The translations under genes were made by a program, and so were the position numbers. The notes under the pieces were generated by a model. That model made no database searches, was not told the DNA's origin, and worked only from the letters and a program-made list of their open reading frames with translations. A stretch of 64,000 nt of DNA from Candidatus Stercoripulliclostridium merdipullorum (GTDB taxonomy: Bacteria > Bacillota > Clostridia > Christensenellales > DTU072), in the NCBI GenBank assembly GCA_018713745.1, contig DVOH01000013.1, positions 13,959 to 77,958 on the forward strand, read 5' to 3'. Shown one piece after another: positions 29,647-40,708 of this stretch (its first letter is position 1; the number at the start of each line of letters is the position of its first letter).

Positions 29647-30215
29647 TATTTACCCTCCAGAAACAAGTAGGCTTTGACCGCGGCTTCCACGGCATAGCGG
29701 ACGCCCGTCGACGAGCGGGTTGCGCCGGTGACGTAAGCGACGTCGATCCCTGCCGCGCCGCCCGCCGTACCGGATGCGAAATCGAAGTCATCGACGGAAT
29801 ATTTGGTAAACTGCTTAAGATAGCTGTCTTCCAGCAATTTACTGCCGATCCCGGGCGTTTCGCTCGCTTTGTATTTGATCACGTCTTTGATCAGATCGTC
29901 TTTGATGATGACGATCAGCTCGATGCCCGAACTGCTGTAGGCTTTGTCGGACTTGGCAATCATAATATAAGCGCCGTCCTCTGCGCGATAGCAGTTGGAA
30001 ATCGACGTATCGGGACGGTCGACATATCCCGTCCAATCGAAGGTCTGATCGGTCAAAGGGGCGCTGTAAACTTCGCCGATTTTTTCGCGCAGGCGCGCTT
30101 CCTCGTCGACAATCGTAAACATATGCACGACGCTGAGAACCAGCGCGGCAAAAAAGGCGATGACGGCGAGGCTGACGACCAGTCGCACGCTTTCATTATC
30201 GATTTTCAGTTTCAT
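29646..30215 (-). CDS. rnfG: Rnf complex subunit G (FMN-binding)
   Basis: N-terminal TM; SETPGIGS; VTGATRSS flavinylation motif. Confidence 0.88.
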   Translation of the reverse strand: MKLKIDNESVRLVVSLAVIAFFAALVLSVVHMFTIVDEEARLREKIGEVYSAPLTDQTFDWTGYVDRPDTSISNCYRAEDGAYIMIAKSDKAYSSSGIELIVIIKDDLIKDVIKYKASETPGIGSKLLEDSYLKQFTKYSVDDFDFASGTAGGAAGIDVAYVTGATRSSTGVRYAVEAAVKAYLFLEGK

Positions 30216-31234
30216 TTGCTCCCCTCCTTTTTGGCGCGCGCGGGCTTGCGGTATCCGAAAGGACGGGGTACCGTGATTTTATCGAGCAAAGGCGTGAGCA
30301 TATTCATCAACAGAATGGCGATACTTGCGCCTTCGTTGTAACCGCCGTAGCGCCGAATAATGACCGTCATAAGTCCCGCGCCCGCGGCATAGATTACCGT
30401 CCCCCAGAAGGTATCGGGAGAGGACGCGTAGTCGGTCAGCATGTAAAACGCGGCAAACAGCAATCCGCCCGAGAGCAAGGTGGGCAGAACGTACGTCCAA
30501 CCGCTTTTGTAAAAGATCAGTGCCGAAATCGCAGATGCCGCAAGATAGATCAGCGGAATTTTGAAGTCGATGATCTTCATAACGATCAGATAGATTCCGC
30601 CGAGCAAAATGGCAAGGGCGCAGACTTCGCCGATCGAACCGCCGATTCTGCCGAGGAAAAGATCAAGGAGATTGACGTCCGATAACGCAATCCCCTGCAA
30701 GCCCGCGTTCTTGATCGCGCCGAGGGGCGTTGCCGTCGTGACGGCATCCACACCGAGTCCGGTCAAAAACGCCTTGCCCCCCAGCGCGGCATAATCGACG
30801 GGCGCGATAAACCGCGTCATCGGTCCTGCCCAGGAGAGGAGCAGGAAGACGCGCGCCGTTGCCGCGGGATTGGCAAAGTTTTTGCCCAGCCCGCCGAAGA
30901 GCATTTTGACGATCATAATTGCAAAGATCGAGCCGACGACGGGGACATACAGCGGAATCGTCGGGGGAAGATTGAGCCCCAAAATCATGCCCGTCACCAC
31001 GGCGGACAGATCGGATACGGTCTGCGGTTTTTTGCGGATCAAGTTGAACAGCATTTCGGCAAGCACCGCCGCAATGACCGAAAGCAATACGACCAACAGG
31101 CTGTACAGTCCGTACAACACAACGCCCGCCACCAACGGAAACGCAAGCGCGATGATGACGTGCAACATAATCGTCTGCGTCGTCAGCTTGCTCCCGACGT
31201 GCGGAGAGGAAGATACGATCAGTTTTCCGCTCAT
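30212..31234 (-). CDS. rnfD: Rnf complex subunit D
   Basis: SSSPH, DLSAVVTG, KMLFGGLGKNFANPA, DAVTTATPL, GSIGEVC, TDYASSP. Confidence 0.96.
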   Translation of the reverse strand: MSGKLIVSSSPHVGSKLTTQTIMLHVIIALAFPLVAGVVLYGLYSLLVVLLSVIAAVLAEMLFNLIRKKPQTVSDLSAVVTGMILGLNLPPTIPLYVPVVGSIFAIMIVKMLFGGLGKNFANPAATARVFLLLSWAGPMTRFIAPVDYAALGGKAFLTGLGVDAVTTATPLGAIKNAGLQGIALSDVNLLDLFLGRIGGSIGEVCALAILLGGIYLIVMKIIDFKIPLIYLAASAISALIFYKSGWTYVLPTLLSGGLLFAAFYMLTDYASSPDTFWGTVIYAAGAGLMTVIIRRYGGYNEGASIAILLMNMLTPLLDKITVPRPFGYRKPARAKKEGSK

Positions 31235-32532
31235 TTTTGACCTCCTGCTTCACGCTCGCGAATCAGTTTTTTGGCAAGCCGCTGCGACTGTACCAAAGGA
31301 CGTTTGGCGGGACAGACGTAGGCGCAACAACCGCATTCGATACAACTGAGCGGATAGTATTTTTTGGCTTCTTCGATTTTGCCGGCAAGGATCAGGGCGT
31401 CCGTCATCATGGGCATCAGCCCGATGGGACAGACTCTCGCGCAACGCGCGCAGTTAATGCACGGCGTCGGTTCGACGGCGCGGATTTCGTCCTCCTGCAA
31501 CAACAGGAGCGCCGACGTCCCCTTGGCGGTCACGCTGTCCAGCCCTGCCATACCGATGCCCATCATCGGGCCGCCCGATACCGCTTTGCTGTATTCTTTT
31601 GCGCCGCCGAGATAGGCGACAACATCGGTCAGCGGCGTCCCGATCCTTACATACAGATTGGCGGGTCGGTTGATTCCTTTCCCCGATACCGTCATATATC
31701 TTGCATAACACGGTTTACCGAGGCGAACCGCTTCATAAATCGCATACGCGGTCGAAATATTCAGCACGATATATCCGACGTCGGAGGGAAGCCCGCCGTT
31801 GGGCACCTTCTCCCGCGTCAGGGCATAAATCAGCTGTTTTTCGCCCCCTTGGGGATATTTGGTCTTGAGCGCGCAGATTTCGGTATTGGCGGCACGCACC
31901 CCCGCCCGCATTGCGGCAATCGCTTCGGGCTTGTTGGATTCGATCCCGATCAGTACTTTGGGCGCGCCTAACGCGATGCGGATCAGCTCGATTCCGTCCA
32001 GCACCCCTGCCGTCAGATCGCGCATCATGCGATCGTCGGTCGTAATATACGGCTCACACTCCGATCCGTTGATGATCAACGCCTTGATGGGTGCCCCCGT
32101 CTCCAGTTTGACGTGGGTGGGGAAGGTTGCTCCGCCCATCCCGACGATTCCGCAATCCTTGACGCGCTGAATAATTTGCGCGGGCGTCGGATCGGACAAC
32201 GGCTCCAAAAAGGCGGTTTCGTCTTTGCCGTCCCCGGCGATCACGATATGCTTGATTTTGCGACCTTGGGCATTGACGCGCATTTCAAAGCCTTCGACAA
32301 CGCCCGATACCGAACTGTGAACGTTGGCACTGACCTTACCGTTCGCCAAGCCGATGAGGGTTCCGACCTTGACGGCGTCCCCCTTCTCGACGGCGGGCGT
32401 ACAGGGTGCGCCGATGTGTTGCGACAACGGAATATAGACCTTATCCGGTACCGGCAACGTTTCAAACGCCGCATCCCGGGTCAGATCTTTGCATTCCTTG
32501 GGGTGAATCCCCTTTCTGAACGTGAATCTCAC
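31231..32532 (-). CDS. rnfC: Rnf complex subunit C
   Basis: GIHP, PLSQHIGAP, GIVGMGGATFPTHVK, NGSECEPYITTDDR, KYPQGGEKQL, CINCARCARVCP, CIECGCCAYVCP. Start moved to GTG at 32532 behind AGGAGG. Confidence 0.95.
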   Translation of the reverse strand: MRFTFRKGIHPKECKDLTRDAAFETLPVPDKVYIPLSQHIGAPCTPAVEKGDAVKVGTLIGLANGKVSANVHSSVSGVVEGFEMRVNAQGRKIKHIVIAGDGKDETAFLEPLSDPTPAQIIQRVKDCGIVGMGGATFPTHVKLETGAPIKALIINGSECEPYITTDDRMMRDLTAGVLDGIELIRIALGAPKVLIGIESNKPEAIAAMRAGVRAANTEICALKTKYPQGGEKQLIYALTREKVPNGGLPSDVGYIVLNISTAYAIYEAVRLGKPCYARYMTVSGKGINRPANLYVRIGTPLTDVVAYLGGAKEYSKAVSGGPMMGIGMAGLDSVTAKGTSALLLLQEDEIRAVEPTPCINCARCARVCPIGLMPMMTDALILAGKIEEAKKYYPLSCIECGCCAYVCPAKRPLVQSQRLAKKLIREREAGGQK

Positions 32533-32590
32533 CGCTCCTCCTTTTGAATCGCCGACTTCTGTCAGTCGACCGAAATAAGATTCTTTCATT

Positions 32591-32619
32591 ATGATATCAA
32601 AAAAGACGCCGAAAGTAAA
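32591..32619 (-). promoter_or_regulatory. sigmaA promoter of rnfCDGEAB
   Basis: TTTACT (32619-32614), 17 nt, TATCAT (32596-32591). Confidence 0.6.
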
Positions 32620-32642
32620 TAGTCCCGTCTGTATTTTTCCAT

Positions 32643-32672
32643 AAAAAAGACGCGCACTATGGCGCGTCTTTT
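32643..32672 (-). terminator. Intrinsic terminator after the 1589-aa gene
   Basis: AAAAGACGCGC-6 nt-GCGCGTCTTTT stem with a T-run on the minus strand. Confidence 0.85.
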
Positions 32673-32687
32673 GTCATCTTATTCCGA

Positions 32688-35600
32688 TCAGAGTTCGCTG
32701 TCGTCGTCGACGGGGTTGTCTTTTTTCTTGTTTTGTTTTTGTTTGTCGACTTTTGCTTTGAGATCGGCGGGAACGTTGCTCTCGACTTTGGGCTTCTTGG
32801 CGTATTTGTCGAGTTTCTTCTTGACCTTACGGTAGGTCAGTACGACGATAACCGCAATCAGAATGGCACCGATGACGATCGAGGCAATCAGCAACCAAAG
32901 CTGCGTATTCATGCCGCCGCCCTTGCCGTCGTCCTTGTCTTTGTCGCCGTCGCCTTCGCCGTCGGTCGACTCTTTCTTTTCGAATTGATAGGTCTTCATC
33001 GTGCTGGCGGCTTTCTGCTCGTCGGTCATTGCGTTGTATTCGGCAACTTTTGCTTCGTATTCGGTCTTGTCGGGCAGTTTGACAACCGAAACGTTGTCGA
33101 TGGCGACAATGCCGCGGAAGAAATCTTTTTCGTCGTTCTCGTACGTTCCGAGATAGAAGGCGATCTTGTTGGACGAAATCGAGGACTCCTGCTCGTTGTA
33201 GAGATAGAAGGTATACTCGACCATTCCGTTCGCGTTCCGAGAATCGGCAATCTCGATCGTCTCCCATTTGGAAGAATCGTCGCCGTGAATGAAACGGAAT
33301 TCCGCGGTCTTGCCCGAAGGCAGGAATGCGCGTGCATAGAACGTTACCTTATAGTAACTGCCGGCGGCAAGCGAGAAGCCCGACGACATCGTATAAGACT
33401 GTCCGTTGGCCTCGACGTTGGTCATCATCAATACGTTTTGTCCGAACGCCCAGTTGCCGCCCAGGAAGTTCTGAAGCGCCGTTGCGTCGACGTCGTCGCC
33501 GAGATCGGACAGGAAGGAGGAGTTATCTTTGAGCAATGCAAGATAATCTTCCAGCTTGTCGACGTTGTAGATACCGTACAGCATCGCGGGTCCTTCTTCC
33601 GCATCCTCGTCGTAATCGACGCCGTCGGTCACGATCCCGTGCGTATAATCTTTGGCGGCATTGCCTTGTTCGCCGTAGGTATCGCTTGCGGTATAAATAT
33701 CGAAGGAATCGGTCGTGTAGTCCAACACCTTATAAATATACTGATTCGAGAAGAATTCGGTCTGCTTTCCGTCGGCATTCTTGATGGTGTTGAGGGCAGC
33801 CCATTTGTTCTCAAGGGTGAGATCGAAGTCCTCCGCATCCTCCGCGCCGTACGCAAGACGGTTGAATTCGGCTTCGTCGGTCAGCGTCACAAAGCGGATA
33901 TCGTCAAAGTACACCGTGCCTTTGGACAAACCTTTTTTGATGGTTTCTTTGACTTTGTCGGGATTATCCTCGTCGTACCCATCTTCCCCTTCGGTATACT
34001 TGATATCTTCGTCGACGGCATACTTGTTGCCGAGGAACAGTTCGAGCTTGAAGGACGCGCTCGATACGTTGGTTTTGATATAGAAGCGATACTGCTTCCA
34101 GTCGCCGCCCGTCGATTGGTTGACATAACCGATATATTCGCCGTCCACGGCGTAATCTTCGCCGTCATAGGTCTTACGGGCAAACACGTTGGAGGTATTG
34201 CTGATGGTGATGCTCGCCTTTGCGTCGCCTTCGGTCTTGACCCATACGCTCAGCATATAGTAGCTGTTGGAGCTCAAAGACTTGGACGAGCTCATCGTAT
34301 AACCGCCGCGCGTATAGAAGTTGGGCGACGATACCATCAACAGATTGTCGCTGGTCGTGCTCTTGTAATAGAAGTCGTCGGTCACGCCCGCGGGCAGCGC
34401 GTAGAAATTGTCTTTGTCTGCGATTCCGTCATAATTTTTGTAATTGACGATACCGAAATCGTACTCGAAGGGATTGACCAGGCTCTCGTCGATCGTATTG
34501 TCGGGCGTCTCGGGATCGTAATTGTTGGTGACCGAGGAGCTTGCCGACGAAATGACTTCGAGTCCGTCGACGATGCCGAACGCGCGAACGGTAAACTTCC
34601 CGCGATAGCTGACGGTGATGGGCCACTCGGTGGCGGGCGCCGTTTCGCCGTCGCCTTCGATCACGGCAAGCAGAACGTTTTCTTTTTTGACGGTTTTATC
34701 GGGATCTTCGGGATCGCTGACCTCGATTTCGTCGATAAACACATAATACTTGGTCGCGTGATCGACCTTGGACCATGTCAGTTTGCCGTCTGCGATCTTG
34801 AGATTCTTGGGCGTGGCAAGGTTGTTGACGGGAGAAGTTACCGTCCAGCTTGCGGGCACCGCGACGCCGATCAGGTTGCCGTTTGCGTCAAACAACTCTT
34901 CGGTATCGTCGGAGAAGTTGGAGCTGTCAAGGTTGGCAAAATATCCGTTGGTCACGGTATTGGACGTGCTGACGTTGCTTGCGATGCTGTGCGAAGCGGT
35001 ATACGTCCCGGTCTTTGCCGCATTGAACTCGGTATATTTGATTTCTTTAAAGGTAATGGCGGTCAGATACGCGACACCCTTCAGATGGCTTGCCGGCGTA
35101 AAGACGTCGCCCGAACCCATCGTGAGCTTAAACGAAAGATCCTTGGCTTCATCGGGCGAACCTTTGATATAGAAAACGACTTCCTGCCATTCGTTTTCGA
35201 CGTTAAGCTTGCTGAGGCTGGTCAGCGTCGTGTCCCCCGAAAGAAGCGAAATCGTCACGCCGTTGTCCGCGGTCAGCCCTTCGGTGCGGAGCCAGAACGA
35301 GAAACGGTAGAAGCCGTTGGCGCGAACCGTGAGCTTGTCTTCGGGCGCCGCGTCTTCGGGAATGACATACGAAAGCGAAGTCGCCGTATATTCCTTATTA
35401 TAAAGTGCGACAACGTTGAACGGCGTTTTGGCGTCGTTATACATGACGCGGAGGGTATCGGAAGGCGTCAGTCCCGCCAATGCGCCGCCCGCGGCAAACA
35501 CCGGGCTGTCCGCTCCCGTCTTGGTTCCGTTGACGATGCCGACCGTTGCCGCGGCGGGATCGGTACGTTCGTCCTCAAACTTGAATTGCCAGGTATCGTC

Positions 35601-37457
35601 GCCTTCGAGCGAAACATAGTCTTCCGCCATCGATTGCATCAGACCGAAGCGTTCGATGTCGCCGTCAACCAACGCCGAAAGCGTGTCATACTCGACGCCT
35701 TCCAGCGCGGCGTCGGACACCTCGATCGAAACATTGTCGAACATTGCGCCGCCGACCATGAGATATTCGCTTTCCCATGCGCCTTCGCCGTACCAGAATT
35801 CGAGATAGACCTGACGGTCGCTCAATTCGTTACCTTTGATATAGAAGGTCAGTTGTTGCCAGGCACCGATGGCGTCGGTTTTTTGGACCAAGCTGTCCTC
35901 TTCGACCGAAACACCCGTCAGTTTGGCATGGGCAAACACGTTGGACGCTCTTCTTTCGTAGTCCTCTTTGAGGGCTTCGTAGTCGGCAAGCTCTTCATCG
36001 TATTCTTCCCATTTTTCCCAGATTTTCAGCAACTCGTCGTAGTTGTCGTCCTCGGGATCGGGCTTTGCCGCAGGACGCTCTTCGGTGGGCTTTTCAGGTT
36101 CTTCCAAGGCAAATTCGGGGACCCAAACATACGCCCAAACACTGATCTTGTAATACTTGTCTTTTTCGATCAGCAACGTGTTGCGGCTCTTGTAACCCAC
36201 GCCGCTTGCGACAAAGTCGGGGTGATAGATCAGCAACGCTTCGCTCTCGAGATCGATCGAGTTGTCGCTTGCACGCGCTCCCGTCAGAAGGAAATTGCCT
36301 TCGTCGTCAAAGAAATCCTCACGCGGCGGAGCGTTGAAGTCCCCGTTGTTTTTGTCGTGGAAGGTGTCAATCCATTTGCCGTCCTTATCTTTTGTCCAGA
36401 ATTTGGACATATCGAAGATCCCCGCCGTACTGCTTGCCGAGCTGTAAGACGGAAACTCGGAGCGATCCTCGAGGTCTTCGGTCCCGATCATCTGGGTGTA
36501 CTTCGCGGTCGAACCGCTTTTGGCGGTATAGTAATTGATGGTGGTGGTGGAGTTATAAGTGCTGGTGAAGGTGTACTGCGACTCGTAACGGAAGTTGGGA
36601 TCTTCAAACCGAGCGCTTGCGGTCGCAACCTGTCCGTTGGTAACGTTTTCGCCGAGGGCGTCGACTTTGGCTTCGTAAGCGGACTTCTCGATTTCGGTCA
36701 TAACGACGTTATCGAAGAATACCGCCCCTTTGGTCAGACGGGGGTTGATGTTTTCTTCGATCGACGATCCGAGATATTTGGGACCGTGTCCGATCCAAAG
36801 TTCGATGTAAACCGAACGGTTTTCGTAATTGTTGCCTTCGATGTAGATGTCGTACGTTTTCCAGTCGCCCTCGGTGTTGATCGAAGTGAACTCGGCATAG
36901 ACGCCGTTGGTGACGTACAGCCAGGCGCCCTGCAGATCGTTTTCTTTGTCGAACAGCTGGGTGGCGACGTCAACGGAAATCTTATAATAAGTATCCTGCT
37001 TGATCGAAATGGACGAACTGGATTTATAGAAAACGGAACCTTTGTTGGAGGGCAACGCAATGATCATGGCGTTGGAATCCTTAAAGTTGCCGTTCTCGTC
37101 TTTGGGGGTATTGGGCGCGACGCCGGGGTTTTTAAGGCTTTCGCTGATGACGGACTTGCCGGCGTTGAACTTGTCGGCAGTCAGATCGACGACGCCCATC
37201 TGTGCGTTGCTGTAGGTCGTTGCGGCGCTGGTCTTGGACCAACCTTTGACGACGTCCTTAAGATAAGAACTGCCGGTGGAATTGGATGCCGTGGCAAACG
37301 AGCCGTTGGTAATCAGGGCGTTGTCGACGACCTCTTCCTGATTTTCGTCCTCGTCGGGGTCGGGATCTTTGGGGGGCTGACACGCGGCAAGCATGCACAG
37401 CGCAAAGACCAGAATCAGGACGAGAAAAATGGTAAGATGCTTGAAGGATTGTTTCAT
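32688..37457 (-). CDS. Large cell-surface protein: lipoprotein signal, five repeated CBM-like beta-sandwich modules, an Fn3-like insert, C-terminal TM helix and basic tail
   Basis: LAA-C26 lipobox; repeated Y[YF]..S[VF]W...W....FYI.G...LG.G...G..[FY]D[ND][VI] pattern; TM QLWLLIASIVIGAILIAVIVVLTY followed by RKVKKK. Confidence 0.8.
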   Translation of the reverse strand: MKQSFKHLTIFLVLILVFALCMLAACQPPKDPDPDEDENQEEVVDNALITNGSFATASNSTGSSYLKDVVKGWSKTSAATTYSNAQMGVVDLTADKFNAGKSVISESLKNPGVAPNTPKDENGNFKDSNAMIIALPSNKGSVFYKSSSSISIKQDTYYKISVDVATQLFDKENDLQGAWLYVTNGVYAEFTSINTEGDWKTYDIYIEGNNYENRSVYIELWIGHGPKYLGSSIEENINPRLTKGAVFFDNVVMTEIEKSAYEAKVDALGENVTNGQVATASARFEDPNFRYESQYTFTSTYNSTTTINYYTAKSGSTAKYTQMIGTEDLEDRSEFPSYSSASSTAGIFDMSKFWTKDKDGKWIDTFHDKNNGDFNAPPREDFFDDEGNFLLTGARASDNSIDLESEALLIYHPDFVASGVGYKSRNTLLIEKDKYYKISVWAYVWVPEFALEEPEKPTEERPAAKPDPEDDNYDELLKIWEKWEEYDEELADYEALKEDYERRASNVFAHAKLTGVSVEEDSLVQKTDAIGAWQQLTFYIKGNELSDRQVYLEFWYGEGAWESEYLMVGGAMFDNVSIEVSDAALEGVEYDTLSALVDGDIERFGLMQSMAEDYVSLEGDDTWQFKFEDERTDPAAATVGIVNGTKTGADSPVFAAGGALAGLTPSDTLRVMYNDAKTPFNVVALYNKEYTATSLSYVIPEDAAPEDKLTVRANGFYRFSFWLRTEGLTADNGVTISLLSGDTTLTSLSKLNVENEWQEVVFYIKGSPDEAKDLSFKLTMGSGDVFTPASHLKGVAYLTAITFKEIKYTEFNAAKTGTYTASHSIASNVSTSNTVTNGYFANLDSSNFSDDTEELFDANGNLIGVAVPASWTVTSPVNNLATPKNLKIADGKLTWSKVDHATKYYVFIDEIEVSDPEDPDKTVKKENVLLAVIEGDGETAPATEWPITVSYRGKFTVRAFGIVDGLEVISSASSSVTNNYDPETPDNTIDESLVNPFEYDFGIVNYKNYDGIADKDNFYALPAGVTDDFYYKSTTSDNLLMVSSPNFYTRGGYTMSSSKSLSSNSYYMLSVWVKTEGDAKASITISNTSNVFARKTYDGEDYAVDGEYIGYVNQSTGGDWKQYRFYIKTNVSSASFKLELFLGNKYAVDEDIKYTEGEDGYDEDNPDKVKETIKKGLSKGTVYFDDIRFVTLTDEAEFNRLAYGAEDAEDFDLTLENKWAALNTIKNADGKQTEFFSNQYIYKVLDYTTDSFDIYTASDTYGEQGNAAKDYTHGIVTDGVDYDEDAEEGPAMLYGIYNVDKLEDYLALLKDNSSFLSDLGDDVDATALQNFLGGNWAFGQNVLMMTNVEANGQSYTMSSGFSLAAGSYYKVTFYARAFLPSGKTAEFRFIHGDDSSKWETIEIADSRNANGMVEYTFYLYNEQESSISSNKIAFYLGTYENDEKDFFRGIVAIDNVSVVKLPDKTEYEAKVAEYNAMTDEQKAASTMKTYQFEKKESTDGEGDGDKDKDDGKGGGMNTQLWLLIASIVIGAILIAVIVVLTYRKVKKKLDKYAKKPKVESNVPADLKAKVDKQKQNKKKDNPVDDDSEL

Positions 37458-37499
37458 TCTGCCACCTTTGTTTTTTAGGACTTATATTTTAATAACATA

Positions 37500-37538
37500 G
37501 GTAATATCAATATTACCATATCTCGAAAAGAAAGACAA
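37500..37538 (-). promoter_or_regulatory. sigmaA promoter of the 1589-aa gene with an overlapping palindrome
   Basis: TTGTCT (37538-37533), 17 nt, TGgTAATAT (TAATAT 37515-37510); palindrome GGTAATAT-CA-ATATTACC at 37500-37517. Confidence 0.6.
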
Positions 37539-37644
37539 CTGCTTGAAAATGAATTTTTGGTGAAATTCTTAAAAAAACGGAAGGGCGGAAAAAGAAGGAA
37601 AATTTACGAATTTTTTTCGGAAAAAAGTGGACGCGGGCGGTTGA

Positions 37645-39048
<1,404 letters not shown>

Positions 39049-39075
39049 GCCCCGATCCGATTCTTCCGCAAGACG

Positions 39076-39103
39076 AAACGCCGTGCCGACGCACGGCGTT
39101 TTT
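39076..39103 (+). terminator. Intrinsic terminator after gdhA
   Basis: AAACGCCGTGC-CGAC-GCACGGCGTTTTT. Confidence 0.88.
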
Positions 39104-39139
39104 GTGTGTCCGACAATTGGTCTATCCCCGACGCGAGCG

Positions 39140-39155
39140 CATACAATTTAGTATG
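39140..39155 (+). promoter_or_regulatory. sigmaE-like -10 box, leaderless start of the spoVB-like gene
   Basis: CATACAAT (39140-39147), TTAGT, ATG (39153); no Shine-Dalgarno; -35 not convincing. Confidence 0.55.
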
Positions 39156-40688
39156 GCAAGCGGCAAACTGTTCCGCGCCGTCACCGTCGTCACAATGTTT
39201 TCGGTGATCACGCGCGCCCTTTCGTTCCTGTTCAAAATTTATCTGTCCCGCACGTTGGGCGCCGAGGTGATGGGGCTGTATCAGATTGCTCTGTCGATGT
39301 TCTTTCTGTTTTCGGCACTGTCGGCAAGCGGACTGCAGACCGTCCTCTCCCGCAAAACCGCCGAGCTCCGTGCCGTCGGCAAAACCGAAAATATATTTAC
39401 ACTGTTTTCGGCAACCTTTTTGATCGGATCGGGAATCGCAACAGCCACGTTTCTGATTATCTTACTTTGCCGCCCCATTCTGCCCGACCTGATGTCGGAC
39501 GCAAGAAGCATCCCGCTGTTTCTGCTGATGTCGCCCGCGTTGATTACCACCTGCATCTATTCGACGGTACGCAGCTGGTTCTGGGGCAACAAGCAATTCA
39601 CTTATTTCGGAATCACCGAAACGGTGGAAGAAGTCTTACGGATTCTGTTCACCCTCCTGTTTGTCTCGGGGATCGTGTCCAACATTTCGGGCGCATACGG
39701 CGTTGCGCTTGCCTTTACCGTTTCCGACGCCGTTGTCGCGCTGATCCTTCTTGTTTTGTATTTTGTCAAAGGAGGAAGACTTGCCCGCCCTACCCTTGCC
39801 GCCGCCCGCAGCGTCGCGCTGCCCGCATTGCCCCTTTCGGTTATGCGCGTTTTCGGGGGGCTGGTCGGCACCATCCTTGCTTTGATGCTCCCTGCCCGTC
39901 TGGTTGCAAGCGGCATCTCGGTCGCCGAAGCGACGGCAGGCGTCGGCAGAATCGCGGGGATGGCAAACCCCCTTCTGTTTGCGCCCAACGCCCTGATCGG
40001 TTCGCTTGCCGTCGTACTGATCCCGGAGATGAGCGAAAGCCGCGCCAAACAGAATTTTTCCGCGCTGAACCGCCATATCAACGGCGGAATCTCCTTCGGA
40101 ATCGTCGTCAGCGGACTCTTTTTTACCGTATACGCCGCACTCGGCATTCCGCTGACCGAACTTCTGTTTGCCGACACCCTTGCGGGCGAATATCTCCGTT
40201 ATGCCGCGTTTACGATGTTGCTGACGCCGATCAATATCGTACTCGGCAGTGCCCTTAACAGCATCGGCGCCGAAAAGGACTCTTTCTATTCGTTTGCCTT
40301 CGGCACCGTCCTGATGTTGATTGCGTTTTATTTCCTGCCGCGCTATCTCGGTTTGTACTCCGTCATCGCGGCAAACGCGCTGTATCAGATCGCTTCCATT
40401 GCCGGAAACGCTTGGTTTCTCGCTAAAAAAACAAAGGTGTCTTTCCGCTTCCCGCGCACGTTGCTCCTCGTAACGGTCATTGCGCTGCCTGCAATCTATT
40501 TCACCTCTCTCCTTTACGGTCTTCTTCGGGACGTCCATACCGTCCTCGCGTTGACGGTTGCCGCTCCGCTCGGCGCAGGCATGTATCTTTTGCTTTCCTA
40601 TGTCTTCGGACTGATCGAAACGGACGGATTCCGCATCTCTTCCGTTTTTCCGCGAAAAAAGTCGGTCAAACGTTTGCCAACCCCCTGA
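39153..40688 (+). CDS. SpoVB-like MOP/MATE-superfamily flippase (oligosaccharide flippase family)
   Basis: ITRALSFLFKIYLSRTLGAEVMGLYQIAL...SG; about 14 hydrophobic segments; SLAVVLIPEMSE. Start moved to ATG at 39153. Confidence 0.8.
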   Translation: MASGKLFRAVTVVTMFSVITRALSFLFKIYLSRTLGAEVMGLYQIALSMFFLFSALSASGLQTVLSRKTAELRAVGKTENIFTLFSATFLIGSGIATATFLIILLCRPILPDLMSDARSIPLFLLMSPALITTCIYSTVRSWFWGNKQFTYFGITETVEEVLRILFTLLFVSGIVSNISGAYGVALAFTVSDAVVALILLVLYFVKGGRLARPTLAAARSVALPALPLSVMRVFGGLVGTILALMLPARLVASGISVAEATAGVGRIAGMANPLLFAPNALIGSLAVVLIPEMSESRAKQNFSALNRHINGGISFGIVVSGLFFTVYAALGIPLTELLFADTLAGEYLRYAAFTMLLTPINIVLGSALNSIGAEKDSFYSFAFGTVLMLIAFYFLPRYLGLYSVIAANALYQIASIAGNAWFLAKKTKVSFRFPRTLLLVTVIALPAIYFTSLLYGLLRDVHTVLALTVAAPLGAGMYLLLSYVFGLIETDGFRISSVFPRKKSVKRLPTP

Positions 40689-40693
40689 TCCTT

Positions 40694-40708
40694 TGCTATA
40701 ATCGGATT
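40694..40708 (+). promoter_or_regulatory. Extended -10 sigmaA promoter of the THF riboswitch-folT transcript
   Basis: TGcTATAAT (TATAAT 40697-40702), CGGATT, then the first base of the aptamer at 40709. Confidence 0.75.

Noticed and set aside
32733-37478. 1581-aa plus-strand ORF and the other long opposite-strand ORFs (e.g. 554..1558, 15679..16920, 17136..18686, 42965..44545, 45511..47373)
   Set aside because: They are antisense shadows of well-supported genes in a GC-rich genome with few stop codons on the reverse frame. They have no RBS or recognisable motifs.
37550-37630. AT-rich CodY-like boxes upstream of gdhA
   Set aside because: The best 15-mers have about five mismatches to AATTTTCWGAAAATT, which is expected by chance in AT-rich promoter DNA.
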